A stretch of DNA of 63,983 nt, filler included, from Gonapodya sp. JEL0774 (lineage: Eukaryota), in the NCBI GenBank assembly GCA_027604505.1. It is 11 parts of 11 records of this genome, joined end to end, with 100 filler letters (N's around TTAATTAATTAA, not from the genome) between each part and the next. Parts side by side here need not be neighbours in the genome. Positions count along the whole stretch, not along the records: positions 35,193 to 40,915 come from JADIIX010000678.1; positions 41,016 to 46,723 come from JADIIX010000679.1; positions 46,824 to 52,527 come from JADIIX010000680.1; 8 more parts are not named here. One strand, given 5' to 3'. The notes under the pieces are model-generated. The model ran no database searches and was not told the DNA's origin. It worked only from the letters and a program-made list of their open reading frames with translations. The position numbers were made by a program, and so were the translations under genes. Positions 36,920 through 49,786 of the stretch are shown one piece after another; the first letter of the stretch is position 1, and each line of letters opens with the position of its first letter.

Positions 36920-38101
36920 CTACCAAGCAGACGGAAAAGGTCCACCAAGCAAGCCTCCACTACCACCAAAGTCACTCGAGGAAAAGCTCCTTCCAGATCC
37001 TGTGCTCGCAGAAACTTCCCTACCCCAATCCAAACCGCGACTTCGTTTGGCCCGGTTCCGATGTGCGGTTGACGGAGACCACTCTATTGAGGTTGTGGGG
37101 TGTGCGTCCTGCTGGTTTCCTAGAGCATCATCGGTCGGGGCTGAGAAAGAGTCGGACATGACTGCGTCGTGCCCAGTACTTTGCGGAGTGAACGTCGTGA
37201 AGGGCCAAGGCTTCGTGAAATCGGTTACGTTTTCATGTGAGGTAGGGGAGATAGGCTGATCCAACGGGCGCTTCTTGGATATAGAAGAAAGTGAAGCAAG
37301 AGGAGGCGACGGAAGGGATGCCGCTAGGGATGCAGCTAATGGTGTGATGCTATTCGGCGAGAGAGTGACATACGGGGGTTGACATTGGAAGGCAGATGGA
37401 GTGGTTTGGAAAGGTAGTTGGTGTGGAGAGGAGTGTGGAAAGGAAGGTGCAGGAAATAACGGTGAGCTCGAGATGGACAGGAGTCTCGTTGGAAGGGAGA
37501 AGTGACGTCGGCTGGTGTTGTTGTTGTGGAAGGGCCAGTTCGAAAGCTCTGACACAGACCCCGACGCATCTTCACTGAGTCGTTTAAAGGAGGTAGATTC
37601 TGTTGCTAAAACATCCATGTCATCTGAATCGTTCTGGTGCGAGCTCTTGGGCGGCTCGGAGGGTGCGGAGAAACCCGGCGCTGCTGATGCTATGGAGCCT
37701 TCCGGCATTCTCCAATTATGCCCGCCCTGCCATTCAGTAAATCTGCCAGCACTGCTATCTCTGAGTGGATCCCTGCCTGGCAGTGCCGGTAGCCACGTTC
37801 TGTCCTCGGGATTCCAGTCCGACAATGTTGGTGATATCGGCCCTTCATAATGCGCCCCGACTTCGGGATGGAACAGCACACCGGCTTTTCGGCGTAGCAA
37901 GGCCGGCAAAGAATCTGGCGATAGTTCGAGTCCGTGCAGTTGGTCGCCAGAATGGCCGTTCTGGAAAAGGGGAGTGGACGGCGGAGCACGTGGAGAACTA
38001 GAGCTGGACGCTTGCGGGTCGAGAACAGCGCGTCGCACCGGCGTCAAAATGCGAGACGGCGATATGGCAAAGCGCGGATCGATTGGAGGGTCAGACGACA
38101 T
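36920..38101 (-). CDS. Hypothetical Ser/Pro-rich, probably disordered protein
   Basis: Uninterrupted ORF of more than 390 codons. No recognisable domain, and the 3' end may be spliced. Confidence 0.45.
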   Translation of the reverse strand: MSSDPPIDPRFAISPSRILTPVRRAVLDPQASSSSSPRAPPSTPLFQNGHSGDQLHGLELSPDSLPALLRRKAGVLFHPEVGAHYEGPISPTLSDWNPEDRTWLPALPGRDPLRDSSAGRFTEWQGGHNWRMPEGSIASAAPGFSAPSEPPKSSHQNDSDDMDVLATESTSFKRLSEDASGSVSELSNWPFHNNNTSRRHFSLPTRLLSISSSPLFPAPSFPHSSPHQLPFQTTPSAFQCQPPYVTLSPNSITPLAASLAASLPSPPLASLSSISKKRPLDQPISPTSHENVTDFTKPWPFTTFTPQSTGHDAVMSDSFSAPTDDALGNQQDAHPTTSIEWSPSTAHRNRAKRSRGLDWGREVSASTGSGRSFSSSDFGGSGGLLGGPFPSAW

Positions 38102-38553
38102 TGGATGCGTACGGCTTCCTCGTGCTCCCGTCCCACAGAGCTGGACAAAGCAGGGGTTGGGCGTCAGGGTTTGCAGTAACAATTCCCGATCTGGTGGCAA
38201 CATGCATTATGTGTATATGTTCAAACAGGTAATCCATTTGCTTTAATTTTATTGTGAGAGCATTTTATTGTTGGCTACGCTGAAGATTAGAGCGGGCGCC
38301 AGTTTGGAATGTTGGTCCAGTTGACAGCAGCCTGAGAACTTATACTTCTAATAAGAAGATTTGTACTAGTGCTGCTGTAAGGTCTAAGGTACTTGGACTA
38401 GTTCTGCCAGGTTGAATGCTTTACATAAAGGGTTTCATTCAAATCATCCGTGTTGCGACGCAAACGTTGCCCCGAAGCACGCTCTGCGCTATTTTCAGCA
38501 ACCAGCTGCTCTTGCAAGGGAGAATTGCTCTCTCCTCATCCAGCATCGTGATC

Positions 38554-40915
38554 ATGACCTCATGGCTAGACCTCAAGCGCGCCGCTCACGTGCAAGATTT
38601 GGACGCCGCCATCCATACCGCGGGGTTGGCAAAGATCGCGGGAGAGGTCGAGGTGAGTTGTCCCCGACTCTTTTAAAATATTTCCAAGATTAGTCTGACG
38701 CACCTTGGATGAAATGGTCCTCGGCCGGTTCTGCGTGGTTTCTGTTATTCGCTTTCATTGACACTGACGAATGAACCAGGACACCGAAGTTGAGGTTGCC
38801 GCTCTGACAGAAATAGCAGAAGATTGTGCGACAGAAACGGATCAGGTACGCCATGCATGACACAGGGACCTCTTATGCTTCTTGTGTCAGGAAAGGTGCG
38901 AGTCAAGGTCTGCGATTCAGCTTCAACGGAGGATTTCCTTCAATTTGCCCAGACAGCGGATGTTCCAGCTGTTACAATAGAGAACAGAAACTTAGTTTGC
39001 AGTCAAGCACCACTCTCATGGATGGGGAGGTCTGAATGTGTCACAACGAAGCGGCCCGGTCGGTTGCCGTTTGAGGAAACAGCCTTTTCTCCCCTCAAAT
39101 TCCTGCTGGACTCAAAGAGTTCTTTTATTTGCCTGATGATGTCGCGAATGAAAGTCTCACCTCCTCGGAATGAAACCCCATTTGCGCCAGATCATCCGAA
39201 AGTTTTCCCAACTCGCCTCATCCACATCTTTCCACCGCTCGGCCATAATCACGCGCGTAGTGGACCTGGTTCGACAACTTCAACCTCCAGGTGATGGTGA
39301 CAAGGTACCGGATGATGATCCTTTCTCTCAGCTGGATGAGTCCAGCACCGTTCATCTTACACGTCAATTATATCCTTCAAAGGTACACCAATCTTTGTCC
39401 AGACTCATTGATCGGCACTTGCCGGAATCTCTCACGTCGGTACTTGGAGAAGATACCTACCTCGTTGGTGAGAGTGACCTGATAGTTGTACTTCCGCGAG
39501 GGTCCATTTTGCACTTTGAGTTTCCTCGCGAGCTCATATGCATAGTGACTATCAATTTACATTCTTGCCAACCAGTTCAACATGCTCTCCTCTGTCATCA
39601 GCTCCAGGGCACGCAACAACAGCTGATCAAATCGCCCCCACCGAATCTGTCAGGTCCGGCTGCTGTTAATGCCTGCTTTGAAGCCAAGGATCTCCAAACC
39701 TACCTTCCCTCTATTGCGTGAGTAGTCCAACTCCTTTATTCACACCAATCGCTGACACAACGTACCGAAATTATTGTTGTGCTCAGCACCCTCCTCGCAG
39801 CCCACCTTGCTCACCTCCGCGACACGGCTGATGCTCTTAGAAATATTGCGGAGCGAGAGGTGAGCCTACGGGAAAGGTGAGGAAACATTAGTTCCAATTA
39901 GCAAGCGGCCGTCATCATTGATATTGATGGGATGTCAACATGCTCATATGTCGACACCTCTCCCACTGTTTATTGTAATTCACATCCATCTTCCTCAGCC
40001 TCGATGCTTTTGTTACGGACGGTCGACCTTCAGCCAAGGATCTGGAACATGCTGCTGTCGAGCTGGAGGTACTTCTAAACCTTGTGATTGCTATTTACGA
40101 ATATCAAACGCACAAAGTCTCTATTTGACACCTTAATGCCAGGCTGCGCTTTCCGCCCTGCGTTCTCCCATATGTGCTTCGACCACCGCTCCCTCTCACT
40201 TTCCCTCGACATTTGCACTCACGCGCTCTTCCACACGACCCCCTTCGTCGATTGGCCTCTCTCGCCGTCTGCCACCCTTAACCTCAGTCGCGGAGTCGCG
40301 TTCAGCTACTCCCAATTCCCTTGCATCGAATCGTGACTCTATCTCGGGGTCCCCTCTGCCCCCTCTCGGTTACCTCACATCCATAACATCATCCCCTCCA
40401 TCAACATCTTTGGGTCGGCCTCCGACGAGAACTGCCTTTTTGCTCCCTCATAATACATCAAAACCATTTGAAGATAATGACAGTTGCACACTTGAGGCGA
40501 ATGAGGGTGAAGACGAGCTCAAAGAAACCCTTAGGGAGCTGGCTGCAGTGGTAGACGCGTTTGATAAGGTGGAAGATATCGGAAGGAACGAAAGTGCCAT
40601 CGAACGGTGCCGGACAGCGAGACTGGAGCGACCTCGAGATCGGGGAGATGGAACAGAGCGGTTTGAAGAAACCGGCCCCAGCTTTGACGTGGCTGAGGAA
40701 GAAATGAATTTCGGACTACGTGGCGAACTACTGGACACCTCAGTTTCTCATCAGTATCCCATCACCATGCAGTCACGTGGAGTTCTTGACAAGCGACCAG
40801 TTGGCGAAACTCGATCTCCACAAATGACAACGTTATCGCACTCTCATGAAGGAATTTCTTTCATCAACGGCGCTGTGCTGTCACCACAACTACCCTTGTG
40901 TTCCGGATCAGATCC
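38554..40915 (+). CDS. Hypothetical multi-exon protein, 3'-truncated
   Basis: Coding-like segments bounded by GTGAGT/GTACGC donors and AG acceptors (MTSWLDLKR..., MKPHLRQII..., ..ELKETLRELAAVV). Family not recognised. Confidence 0.35.
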
Positions 40916-41015
40916 NNNNNNNNNNNNNNNNNNNNNNNNNNNNNNNNNNNNNNNNNNNNTTAATTAATTAANNNNNNNNNNNNNNNNNNNNNNNNNNNNN
41001 NNNNNNNNNNNNNNN
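40916..41015. other. Artificial scaffold spacer
   Basis: N44-TTAATTAATTAA-N44. Confidence 0.98.
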
Positions 41016-41948
41016 GAGAAGTGGAAATCTCAATCCCAATCTGGAGAGCAAGCCGCTTTAGAAGAGGACAGATTCTGGCGTTTGATAGTCACACGCGGTG
41101 CGACATGGAAAAGGTTCAGGGAATTTGCAACCAGGGACTTTTGCGGTAAGCAGAAATAAGAGATTTTTGATCGTTGAGCAATAAGATTTTACTTATGCTT
41201 TCGCCACAGTTGAAAATGTTGTAAGTACCGATACTGATCTGGAGAGAATGTGATATTCTCAAACACCCCGACAAAATGCAATTCAGATCTTTATTGAGGA
41301 TATTCACTCCCTCCAAATGGAAGTAATTCGAGCTCTCAGCAAACTGGGATTGGTGGAAACTTCTACTGAGCGCCGTAGCACCTTGGGAAGAAAATCGGGT
41401 GGGCTGGGTAAGGCACATCCTTTCTGGGAAGATCATCTCCCTAAATCCGCAGGAGGCATAGCTATTCCCTCTGCACTCCACTCAAAGTGGAAGGAAACGG
41501 TAACGCGGTACGTGGGGGATGACGCCCCATCGCAATTGAATTTGCCATTCGATGTCACCGCACAGATTCAGGCAAAGGTTTGTCTGTTCATGCGTGGGAG
41601 TTTGCTGAATACCGACAAGAGTTTTCGCAGGTACAACGGGGTGACATCTCTCTGAATCTTTTTGACGAGGCTCTGCTGGAAGTTTTCTCGTGAGTGCAGA
41701 TGCGGATGTCAGCACCTAGCGGGTACCTGTAATTGATAACCTTGTGGATGTACAGCATGCTCTCTCAAAACACCTATCGAAGTATGCTCCTTATCTCTAA
41801 AATGGAATATTCATTGATTCTTCTCATTCGTACTTTTCTCCCCGTTGCGACAACCCCATGATCACCAGAATTCGCGGACCAACTGGTTTGCGATACGACA
41901 CCGGCACTTTCCAAGAGCACGTCGATAGCTGGGGAATTGCAGGCTTAA
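41016..41948 (+). CDS. RGS-domain protein, C-terminal part
   Basis: WKRFREFATRDFC, ENV, RYVGDDAPSQLNLP and LNLFDEALLEVF..MLSQNTY match the RGS consensus across short exons. Confidence 0.72.
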
Positions 41949-42875
41949 ATAATGATTGGTAGCAGAATATAAGTAAAGTTCATGTTTTGTAATCATGAAG
42001 AGAAGCTTTGCATTGCATGAGATTTTCACGTGTGATTCAGTCACAGGAATGCTCTCTATTGCACACAATCCGGCTGCTTCCAAAGAATATCAAACTAAAG
42101 TAGGTTGTAGCTGTGCGATTATATGAAACGCAATCTGAAGATGCAATAATGCAACAACCCAGGCTTCACCGAGTCCGTGTGTGGTGTGCCGTGAAGGTGA
42201 GTGACACTGACAAAAGTCGCAGAAGCATCTGCTCCGCTCTTGTGAAAACATCGTTATGCCAAAAAGGGGAAAGTGTGTCAGGTATTAGATTACAGCGTGT
42301 GTGATGGTGTTCGGTAAGTGATTAGTGTTTTCGCAGTGATGTGGTGTTGGCGCCAGGCAGGTAATTACTGCCCTATCGAAATTAGAGCGGCGTGTGGTGG
42401 TAGGTGTGTCGTCACAAGATTGTTATGAGTGTCCAAAGAGTCCAGTCGTGCTTCCAACAGGGTGTTTGTATGGCTCGAGCGCCCACACCGGCATGCAAAC
42501 GTGTTCGTGGCTCCGCCCCTTCCCGCGATAGCTCCGTCTCTCCCGTTCAGACGTTCCCCTCACTGCTCCCCAAGGGCCGCCCAGTTTGCACACACAGCCC
42601 CCGCCCACACCATATCGTCCGCAGCTCCCGATGTCTCCTCTCTCCCTCCAACTGGGACGTTGAAGTGTGCTGCGAACGCCTCCGCGTAGTCGAAGGGTGG
42701 TTTTGTCTGCACAGTGTTCTCCACAACATCATCTCGACGCAACCAGGGATTCACAGGCCCCACTCCGATGGGCGGGTGCGGCTGAATATGTCGACCGGAC
42801 CCCGAACGACGGTGGTGCGAGTACGCTGGCTGAGGGATGAGCGAGGGGAACGGAGTAGATCCAGAAGGGTTGGGC

Positions 42876-43496
42876 CTAGGTGACGGACGGGATTCTTGCA
42901 TCGCGCGGTGAGCGAGAAGGGACTGAGTGTATAGGCTGATGGGGGAAGTGCACGTTTGTGTGTGGAGGTGGAGTAAGGTAATGAGTTGAAGAAGACACCA
43001 GGAAGATCTCCGCCGTGACAACATACTTGAACTCCCATCTCATCTCTACGACCTCCCTCGCCTCTTCGCTGGTTATCTTGGCCGCGGGAACACTGGTGCG
43101 ATCATACTGGTCTGGAGCATATGTGAACGCAACAAGAACGGAGGGATTGAAGGAGACGCTAAGCGAGCAGTGAAGAGACGAGGCATCTCGGGAACGGTAT
43201 TGAGGTGGGCGTTTGAGGATAGAGCGTGGACAGGGAGTTACGGTAGATGTCCGTTTCGATGGCGACGGAGATTGCGCGACGGGTGTTGGAGGCGGGGTCG
43301 CAAGAGAGGAGCGAGGAGGCGGCGGAGTCGGCGAGGCAATAGCTACAGGGACATCTCTGAAACTTTCCCCGAGAGGCTCTTTGGGTGGACTAGGTAATGG
43401 AAGTCGGGCAGGTGGTCGCAGCGCTATGTCGGGTGTCCCTGGCAGGGGCGGCAAAGCTGAGCAGTCCGTTGCTTCGCACGTGATGACTTTAGCCAT
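42876..43496 (-). CDS. Putative PP1 regulatory protein (Bni4/neurabin-like docking module)
   Basis: Pro-rich N-terminus, then RSILKRP, SVSF and FTYAPDQYDR followed by an amphipathic helix. The 3' end may be spliced. Confidence 0.6.
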   Translation of the reverse strand: MAKVITCEATDCSALPPLPGTPDIALRPPARLPLPSPPKEPLGESFRDVPVAIASPTPPPPRSSLATPPPTPVAQSPSPSKRTSTVTPCPRSILKRPPQYRSRDASSLHCSLSVSFNPSVLVAFTYAPDQYDRTSVPAAKITSEEAREVVEMRWEFKYVVTAEIFLVSSSTHYLTPPPHTNVHFPHQPIHSVPSRSPRDARIPSVT

Positions 43497-45533
43497 GGGT
43501 GGTGAGTGTAGTGTCGGTGAGGATGGTGGTGGCTTAACGGATATGAAAGAGCGAGAACGTTCCGAGGAGAGGAGCTGGCTTCTTCAATGACGACCACAAA
43601 CAAGTGCAAATGAAATGTGGGATGTAGGGAAAGCGTCAGTTTCGAGCTCTGAGACGGAGTGCTTGTTCAGCTGCCCCCTTCTGCTTTTATCTCGCAGAAG
43701 TTTTGCGTCCTTCTCTTCGAGGTCAAGCTGCTTGTTCTTGCTCTTCCACCCCACGCCCCGTGAGCACCCAGCTTGTCTAGCATTGCCCTATGTCCGTTTG
43801 ACAGGCATGCTTTGAACGATTTCTCTGGGTTTCACCGCCATTATGTGGACTCCTACTTGTACGCCGCGCGAGCTCCTCTCCGCAGCAGCGGTCACCACCA
43901 CCTGCTCCGGCGCTCTGAAGTAAAAACTCACGACGTATGTGTGTCTCGCAACAAGCTCCTTCGTCAGGGACCGTTCTAACGCGTTGAAAAGGATCGAACT
44001 TCTGCGAAAAGGGAAGGAGCTCCTGCGCTTTGGGTTGGAGTTCAAGCCTCAACCCTGGACCTCAAGTCTTCCAGTATACCCCTGCGAAATATAATGAGTA
44101 GCCCCAATCGATCTTCAGTTTTAGAGCCAGGTTCCTAATGTTCAAGCTTTAAAGTCGGCGATCTTTTTGCATGCGTTTCCATATCGTGACTGACTGAACT
44201 TTCCATATTGGGAGTAATTGGTGCGACAGCAAAAGTGGACCAACGAACCCAGCAAACCAAGCAGAAACAGAGACCTTCGGCTATGCATCTCGACACAGAC
44301 TAACTTTGCAGACCAAGACAGCAACAAGTTTGTTACTTAGCAATTTGCGTTGAACCAAATAGTGATCCAGCAGGTCCAAACCCACATCTCTAAGTGGACT
44401 AATAAGGGTTTGAACTTTTCCTGAGTAGATCTCCCATGGTGCTGCTTGTGTCTTGGTTCGACATAGATTGTCCACCCATCGCTATCGCTGAGATGGTTCC
44501 CATGGAGTTCGTTTGGCCTTCCGAGTACTCCAAATTATAAAACACAACTGGTCACATATAGAATTTGAAAGCATTATGCAACTACGGCCACATGTTCGAA
44601 TTTGTGCCGCTTCCCATCCAAACAGGATGCTGAAATGCCTGATTGTCAGAGTTATGGGCCAATTGTCATTGAATCTAGAACTTTTTTATTTCAGGTGATC
44701 CATATCGTATATTACACTTTCAATCTTCCAGCAATCAATGCATTCACGAAAGCTCCCACTTTTCAAGCAGACAAGGTCTCTGGAAGATACAATGCCGTGG
44801 CGCTTACAATACAACCTACCTTTTTCATCCACGACTCTTTTGTTGCAAAAGTGTGCATGATCGTCGTACACTTCTGCCCTGACTTCCAACAAAGTGATGT
44901 GTTGAAATATTCTGCCGGATATCCACCATCATAAACCACGTTAACAACGTAGTTTGATAAGCTCTTAGTTTATCCAATTATTTTCGTTCTTGCTCTTCGA
45001 CTCAATCGTATTTCGCTACATTTCGAACACCGTGGACCGAGGCCAGGAGGCCACGAGAGATAAAACAAGGAAACCATTGACATGAGATTGAGCACGCCCA
45101 GCGTCTTTTTTCTAAAGAAATTAAATTAAACGTGTGCTTGAACGCTCTGGTGACTCAGTTAAAGGGACGTGTAAACACTCTACGTGCTTTTCGAAAGGTC
45201 TGTGGGCAAACATAACACGAACATGACCACTTCTGTCCGGCCCTCGCAGCGTAAAAGGGAGGGGTACCACTCCGGGCTCTTGTATTGTGATGAAGCATTT
45301 GTCCGGACGGAGAATACACTGGCTTCCATGTTTGCGTCTGGCGGATCTCCCTCATCTCAAGTTGAACCCGTTGCCCTGAATACCTGGAAATATGTCGGTC
45401 GATACCAGCAAGAAACACGACTAAGAATAAGAATCCAGAGTTATTAATTATGGAACGCATGAATACTCGTGGTATTGCAGACCCTTCAGGTTCTTCGTCT
45501 GACAGCTCTGTGGATTTTATCTTGCAAGGTCAA

Positions 45534-46723
45534 TCACTCCCTTGCCCATGCTCGCACCTCCGCCGGCACTCCTGGGCCCCCTGCTGCCCTTTCCACATCC
45601 TCAACGTCGACCATCAGACGATACATTCTGTGCTCTTTTGGAGCCTTATTTGACGCGCCGGTGGCGAGGTTCGAGGTACCGGCACCAGAGGAGCTGGAAA
45701 GAGCTTGAATGAACTCTTTCTGATGTAGGAGATCCCATGCCTGCCGTATTGCGTGGAATCCAGTCGAGTGAAGGCTTTCGAGTACCACTCTCACGAGACA
45801 CCTAACTTACCTTGAGAGCCACTCCCCTCTTCCATCTCTCGACTCCGGCACTACCCCGCACCCCGGCACGCATAACGAGACCTCGGTATTCGTCCCAGCA
45901 CATTGCAAAGTTAAAGTATGGGATGGAGCGGCGGAGGAGTCGGATACAGGCAGAGAGGAGCACGAGAGGGAGAGGGGGGAGAGCTGAGAAATATGTAAGA
46001 TGACGGAATTCTGAAAAAATTGAGCGCCGAGGTATGGAATCAAGTACCTCGGATCTCTGCTGCAACAAAGTCCGTTGGAATGGTAGCGACATCAAATGCG
46101 GCGGGGGCGAGATAAGGGTTCGTAGGTGAGATTTGCGCGACAGCGGGCATCTTTTGCAAAAAACCATTAGCAAGGAACATCAGGTGAATCACTATTGGGT
46201 AGATAGATGAGTAGACAACCAATGTTCCACTCACCATTGCCCATAACATACTTCGAGGGTCATTAGAAACATCGACAAGGCGTCGTAGGGCGCGCTTGAA
46301 TGTGGCATCGGCAAATAGAGTCTGTACCCACACGGTATGAGCATCAGTCCGCGCCTTCGTTCAATGACTACCACTTTGAGTCCGGCAAACAATTAAACCC
46401 CACTTCTATTCGACTTTCAAAATCGTCGGCGTATTCTTTGCTGACACCGTCGTCCACACGCACTGTGAGCGCTGTCCGAGCAAGCCGCATGTAAGCATCG
46501 AAACCCGCAGGAGGGTGGAACGCAATTCGACGACCAGAGAAGCGAGATTTGACTCGCTTTTCAAATTTATCAAGAACATCCTAGGGATGTCGCGTGGGGC
46601 GTGACCGTGGGAGGTTGTTAACGCAGAGAGCCTCGATGAGTCCACTGTGTCAACTCACCACCCCCGGTGCGACGCCCACAACAACGATGTTGCCATTATG
46701 ACCTTGTACAGAATCTAAAAGAT
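45534..46723 (-). CDS. ORC4: Origin recognition complex subunit 4, C-terminal half
   Basis: Spliced exons NIVVVGV|DVLDKFEKRVKSRFSGRRI, YFNFAMCWDEY, WKRGVALK and EHRMYRLMVD..PAEVRAWARE* match the ORC4 AAA+ lid and winged-helix motifs. Confidence 0.9.
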
Positions 46724-46823
46724 NNNNNNNNNNNNNNNNNNNNNNNNNNNNNNNNNNNNNNNNNNNNTTAATTAATTAANNNNNNNNNNNNNNNNNNNNN
46801 NNNNNNNNNNNNNNNNNNNNNNN
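46724..46823. other. Artificial scaffold spacer
   Basis: N44-TTAATTAATTAA-N44. Confidence 0.98.
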
Positions 46824-48634
46824 CTCCTGGCCAAAAAGGCCGCACCTGTAGGCCAATCGAGTGCTCAGTGGGCCCTGGCCGCTCCGCGGCGAGTCCTGGC
46901 CCCGCTCGACTGCCCCTCCTGACCGGCGGTGGCTCCCCGCATCCTTGGAGTGGACGACCTGCTCTTCGCGATAGAGAGCAGCTTTTCCAAGACTAAATCC
47001 AAGTTCAGAATTGAGTATGGCATGCTCCTCCAAGCTGGCAACATGGCCAAGTGCGAACAGATGACCGACTCCATGTCGAATTGGTTCCACCTCCGGAACG
47101 ACCTCGGACATCGCGCACACCCTGCTTTCCACTTCACCGGTGGTAAGCCGTTCCGAATTGGTTTCCGAACAGGTCGAGGTTCCCATATCGAAGACCATGT
47201 CTGGATCGACTTTCTGGAACTCAGGATGCTCAAACGTGAACCTGATGGCACACCGCTGGTACAGTCTGCAGCTGTGAAAATAAAGGAATGAGACGCATGT
47301 CGTCACAGCATCCCGTGGCTGTAGTGCGGTGGGCTCAATACAATGTCGCTGAGCTCTGCGCCACGTCCGACAGAAGTTTTGTCGAGGCGATGACAAGCCG
47401 GGCTTACAACACAAACTCAAAACTGACCGAGGAGCAAAGACAAAGCGCATTTGCCACTTCATATGGCGAACTCACCTTGGTAAGTGACTCCAATCTCATC
47501 ACCCCAATGTGGTGGTACCCACCATGCACCCTTCCCACCTCCCACCACCAGAACATGCACATCACCCAAACCACCTTCGACCTCCTCATCCACGTCCTCC
47601 GCCTCAACACCTCCCACACCTCTTTGCCCGCCGACTAAACCACACGTCTCCCCAAGGGCGAGCACTTCCAGCACTGCTTCCTGGGCGTCATTGCGTCCCA
47701 TCGACCGAGAAGACACCAAGAAAGTGGTGGGACCGTTCGTGTTGCCCAGATTGGTGTGTGCAGTGTGTGGCGATGAGGGAGCCAAGTCGTGTGCGAGGTG
47801 GGTGGCAATCTTCAAGGTCGATCCACGAGAGTGATTGATTGACGAGTGTCCTCCCTCACGGTGATTTGGTTCTGCTCAAATGCATGGGCACTCATTACTG
47901 GTGCGTTTGTTACTCTCAGCGTACGTGTGTCTTAGTTTCTCTCATTTTACTACCAACACCGACTCGCCAGTACCGCCCACTGTCAAAAATCCGCGTGAGT
48001 TCACACACCCTTCGTCCAGCGCCATCCTGCCCCCATCGTCCCTCACCTCTTCCCACCACACTTCTCAGCTGGAAATCCCACCAACCCTGGTGTGGTCATC
48101 CCACCGATCCCATCCTACCCGGCCCTTTCCCTCCCGACTCCCTCCAACCCTCCGACGCCGCCGGGTCCGTGCACTTTTCTACGGCCATATCCGACCCCAC
48201 GATCGTGGACATGATGGCGGACACGTCCGTTAACAACGTGAACCTCCGGTTGAAGACGGCGGTGGAAAAGGGGAAGAAGCAAAAGGATGTGTACGGAGCA
48301 AACAGGTTTGTCGCCAAGGTAAGTTCTCACGGCTTGCCCTCGGGAATTATCTACGAATCTCGCACCGTAACTTTCAACACGCGATGTTGTCTTACTCCCA
48401 CAGGTCCAACGATCCGAGCCCGCCGGCCGCCTCTTCCTCTACGACCAACACCGCACTATCAAACTCCAGCTCGAATGCCCCACCAGCGCTCCCGAACTCG
48501 TCCGACTCGACGAGGCGGTGGCAGCGTCAAAGGAGTGGAGCGGTATCAAGGCGTTCATGTGGGCCAGGAGGGAGGGTGATTGGTTGAGGGTGTCGGACCA
48601 GGGTGAGTGGCCAGAGAAAAATGTGGAGTGGTAG
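46824..48634 (+). CDS. MYND-type zinc-finger protein, multi-exon, probably 5'-truncated
   Basis: CAVCGDEGAKSCAR|C..THY..|HCQKSA|WKSHQPWC, followed by NRFVAK|VQ..YDQHRTIKL..KAFMWARREGDWLRV..W*. Confidence 0.68.
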
Positions 48635-48813
48635 GGGACAGGGTAGGAGGGACGTGAGGATTGGAATGCCGTGAAACGACTGCTTTCACGTAAATATTAT
48701 CAATACATAATAAAGTATGGGATCAGGCCAATGTCTTTCGTATATACAAATGCGGTATGCGAGCCAAAATGTCCGAGAAGGTCCGAGTCCTCCCTGCGCA
48801 CGTCCAGTCCACG

Positions 48814-49786
48814 TCACCCAGATACGACAAACCTCGTTTGTCCCCCACCCCTAACCTCCTTCAACTTTCCCAAATGTCTCGCGATGGCAATGATGGCCCT
48901 TCCTTGCGGGTCCATCCGGAAGGTTGATTTCGCCCAGTTCTCCTTCACATCGTTCTCGGTCAAAAAGGTCTTGTCCTTGACTTCGGGTATTTCGGTCTCC
49001 TTGTAGGACCAGTAACGGTCTCGGTGGGATTTGGGGAGGGAGCTGGGGCGTTGTCTGACGGTTGCAGGTGGACAGGACCAGACCGGACGTTGAAACATGC
49101 GACCACGTTGCACACAGTAGAGCACTATGGCACTTACTTGAGGAGATTATACTTTTCGGTGACGTGCTTGTTGAACTCCCCAATAGAGATGTTGAGTCTG
49201 AGGGAGGGCCAACGGGTTGGGCAGACATACCAGCTATCTGCGTGAAACCACGACATTCGGGACTGCTGAGTATACAAACAGTCGTCACGCACCTTGCGAG
49301 AGTCATTCTTCCCACCAAATACTTTGGTAGTGTGGCAAACTCTCTGTCCGTGACCTCTGCGAGCAACACCGGACCGGATTTGGCTTTCTTTCCGGTATTG
49401 CCCGCCGTTGATTGTAGCTGTTGTTGCTGCTGCTGCCCCGCGCCACCATCCCGATTCAAACCAGCCATAACGGACCCTCTGATTTTTCCAAACGCCTCCA
49501 CTGCCTTGTCAGCGTCCACCGGAAGCCCCCCTTCACCGAAAATGCGGCCGGCCAGGGCCTCGATCATCTGATTCCGCGCATGGGATGCTTCAATATGAGC
49601 CGAAAGAGGGGACGCTGCGTTTATGATGCGACGGATTCGGTCCGATGTTGCGTCCAGAAGCTCCAACGCCGCTGAATCGGTGGCGGGGCGTGAGGCCGAC
49701 GGAGACGGATGGGCATGCAGACGAAGGCGAATCGCGCACGCATCGAGTGTCGCAGCAACAAACGGGTTCGCTGTTTGGGCAGCCAT
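48814..49786 (-). CDS. SKA1: Spindle and kinetochore-associated protein 1
   Basis: EVTDREFATLPKYLVGRMTLAR|LNISIGEFNKHVTEKYNLLK and FLTENDVKE..GRAIIAIARHLGKLKEVRGGGQTRFV correspond to the SKA1 microtubule-binding domain. Confidence 0.88.

Noticed and set aside
44142..44934. AT-rich minus-strand ORF chain as stop-codon readthrough or an alternative genetic code
   Set aside because: Joining the ORFs gives no recognisable protein, and all identified genes use standard stops.
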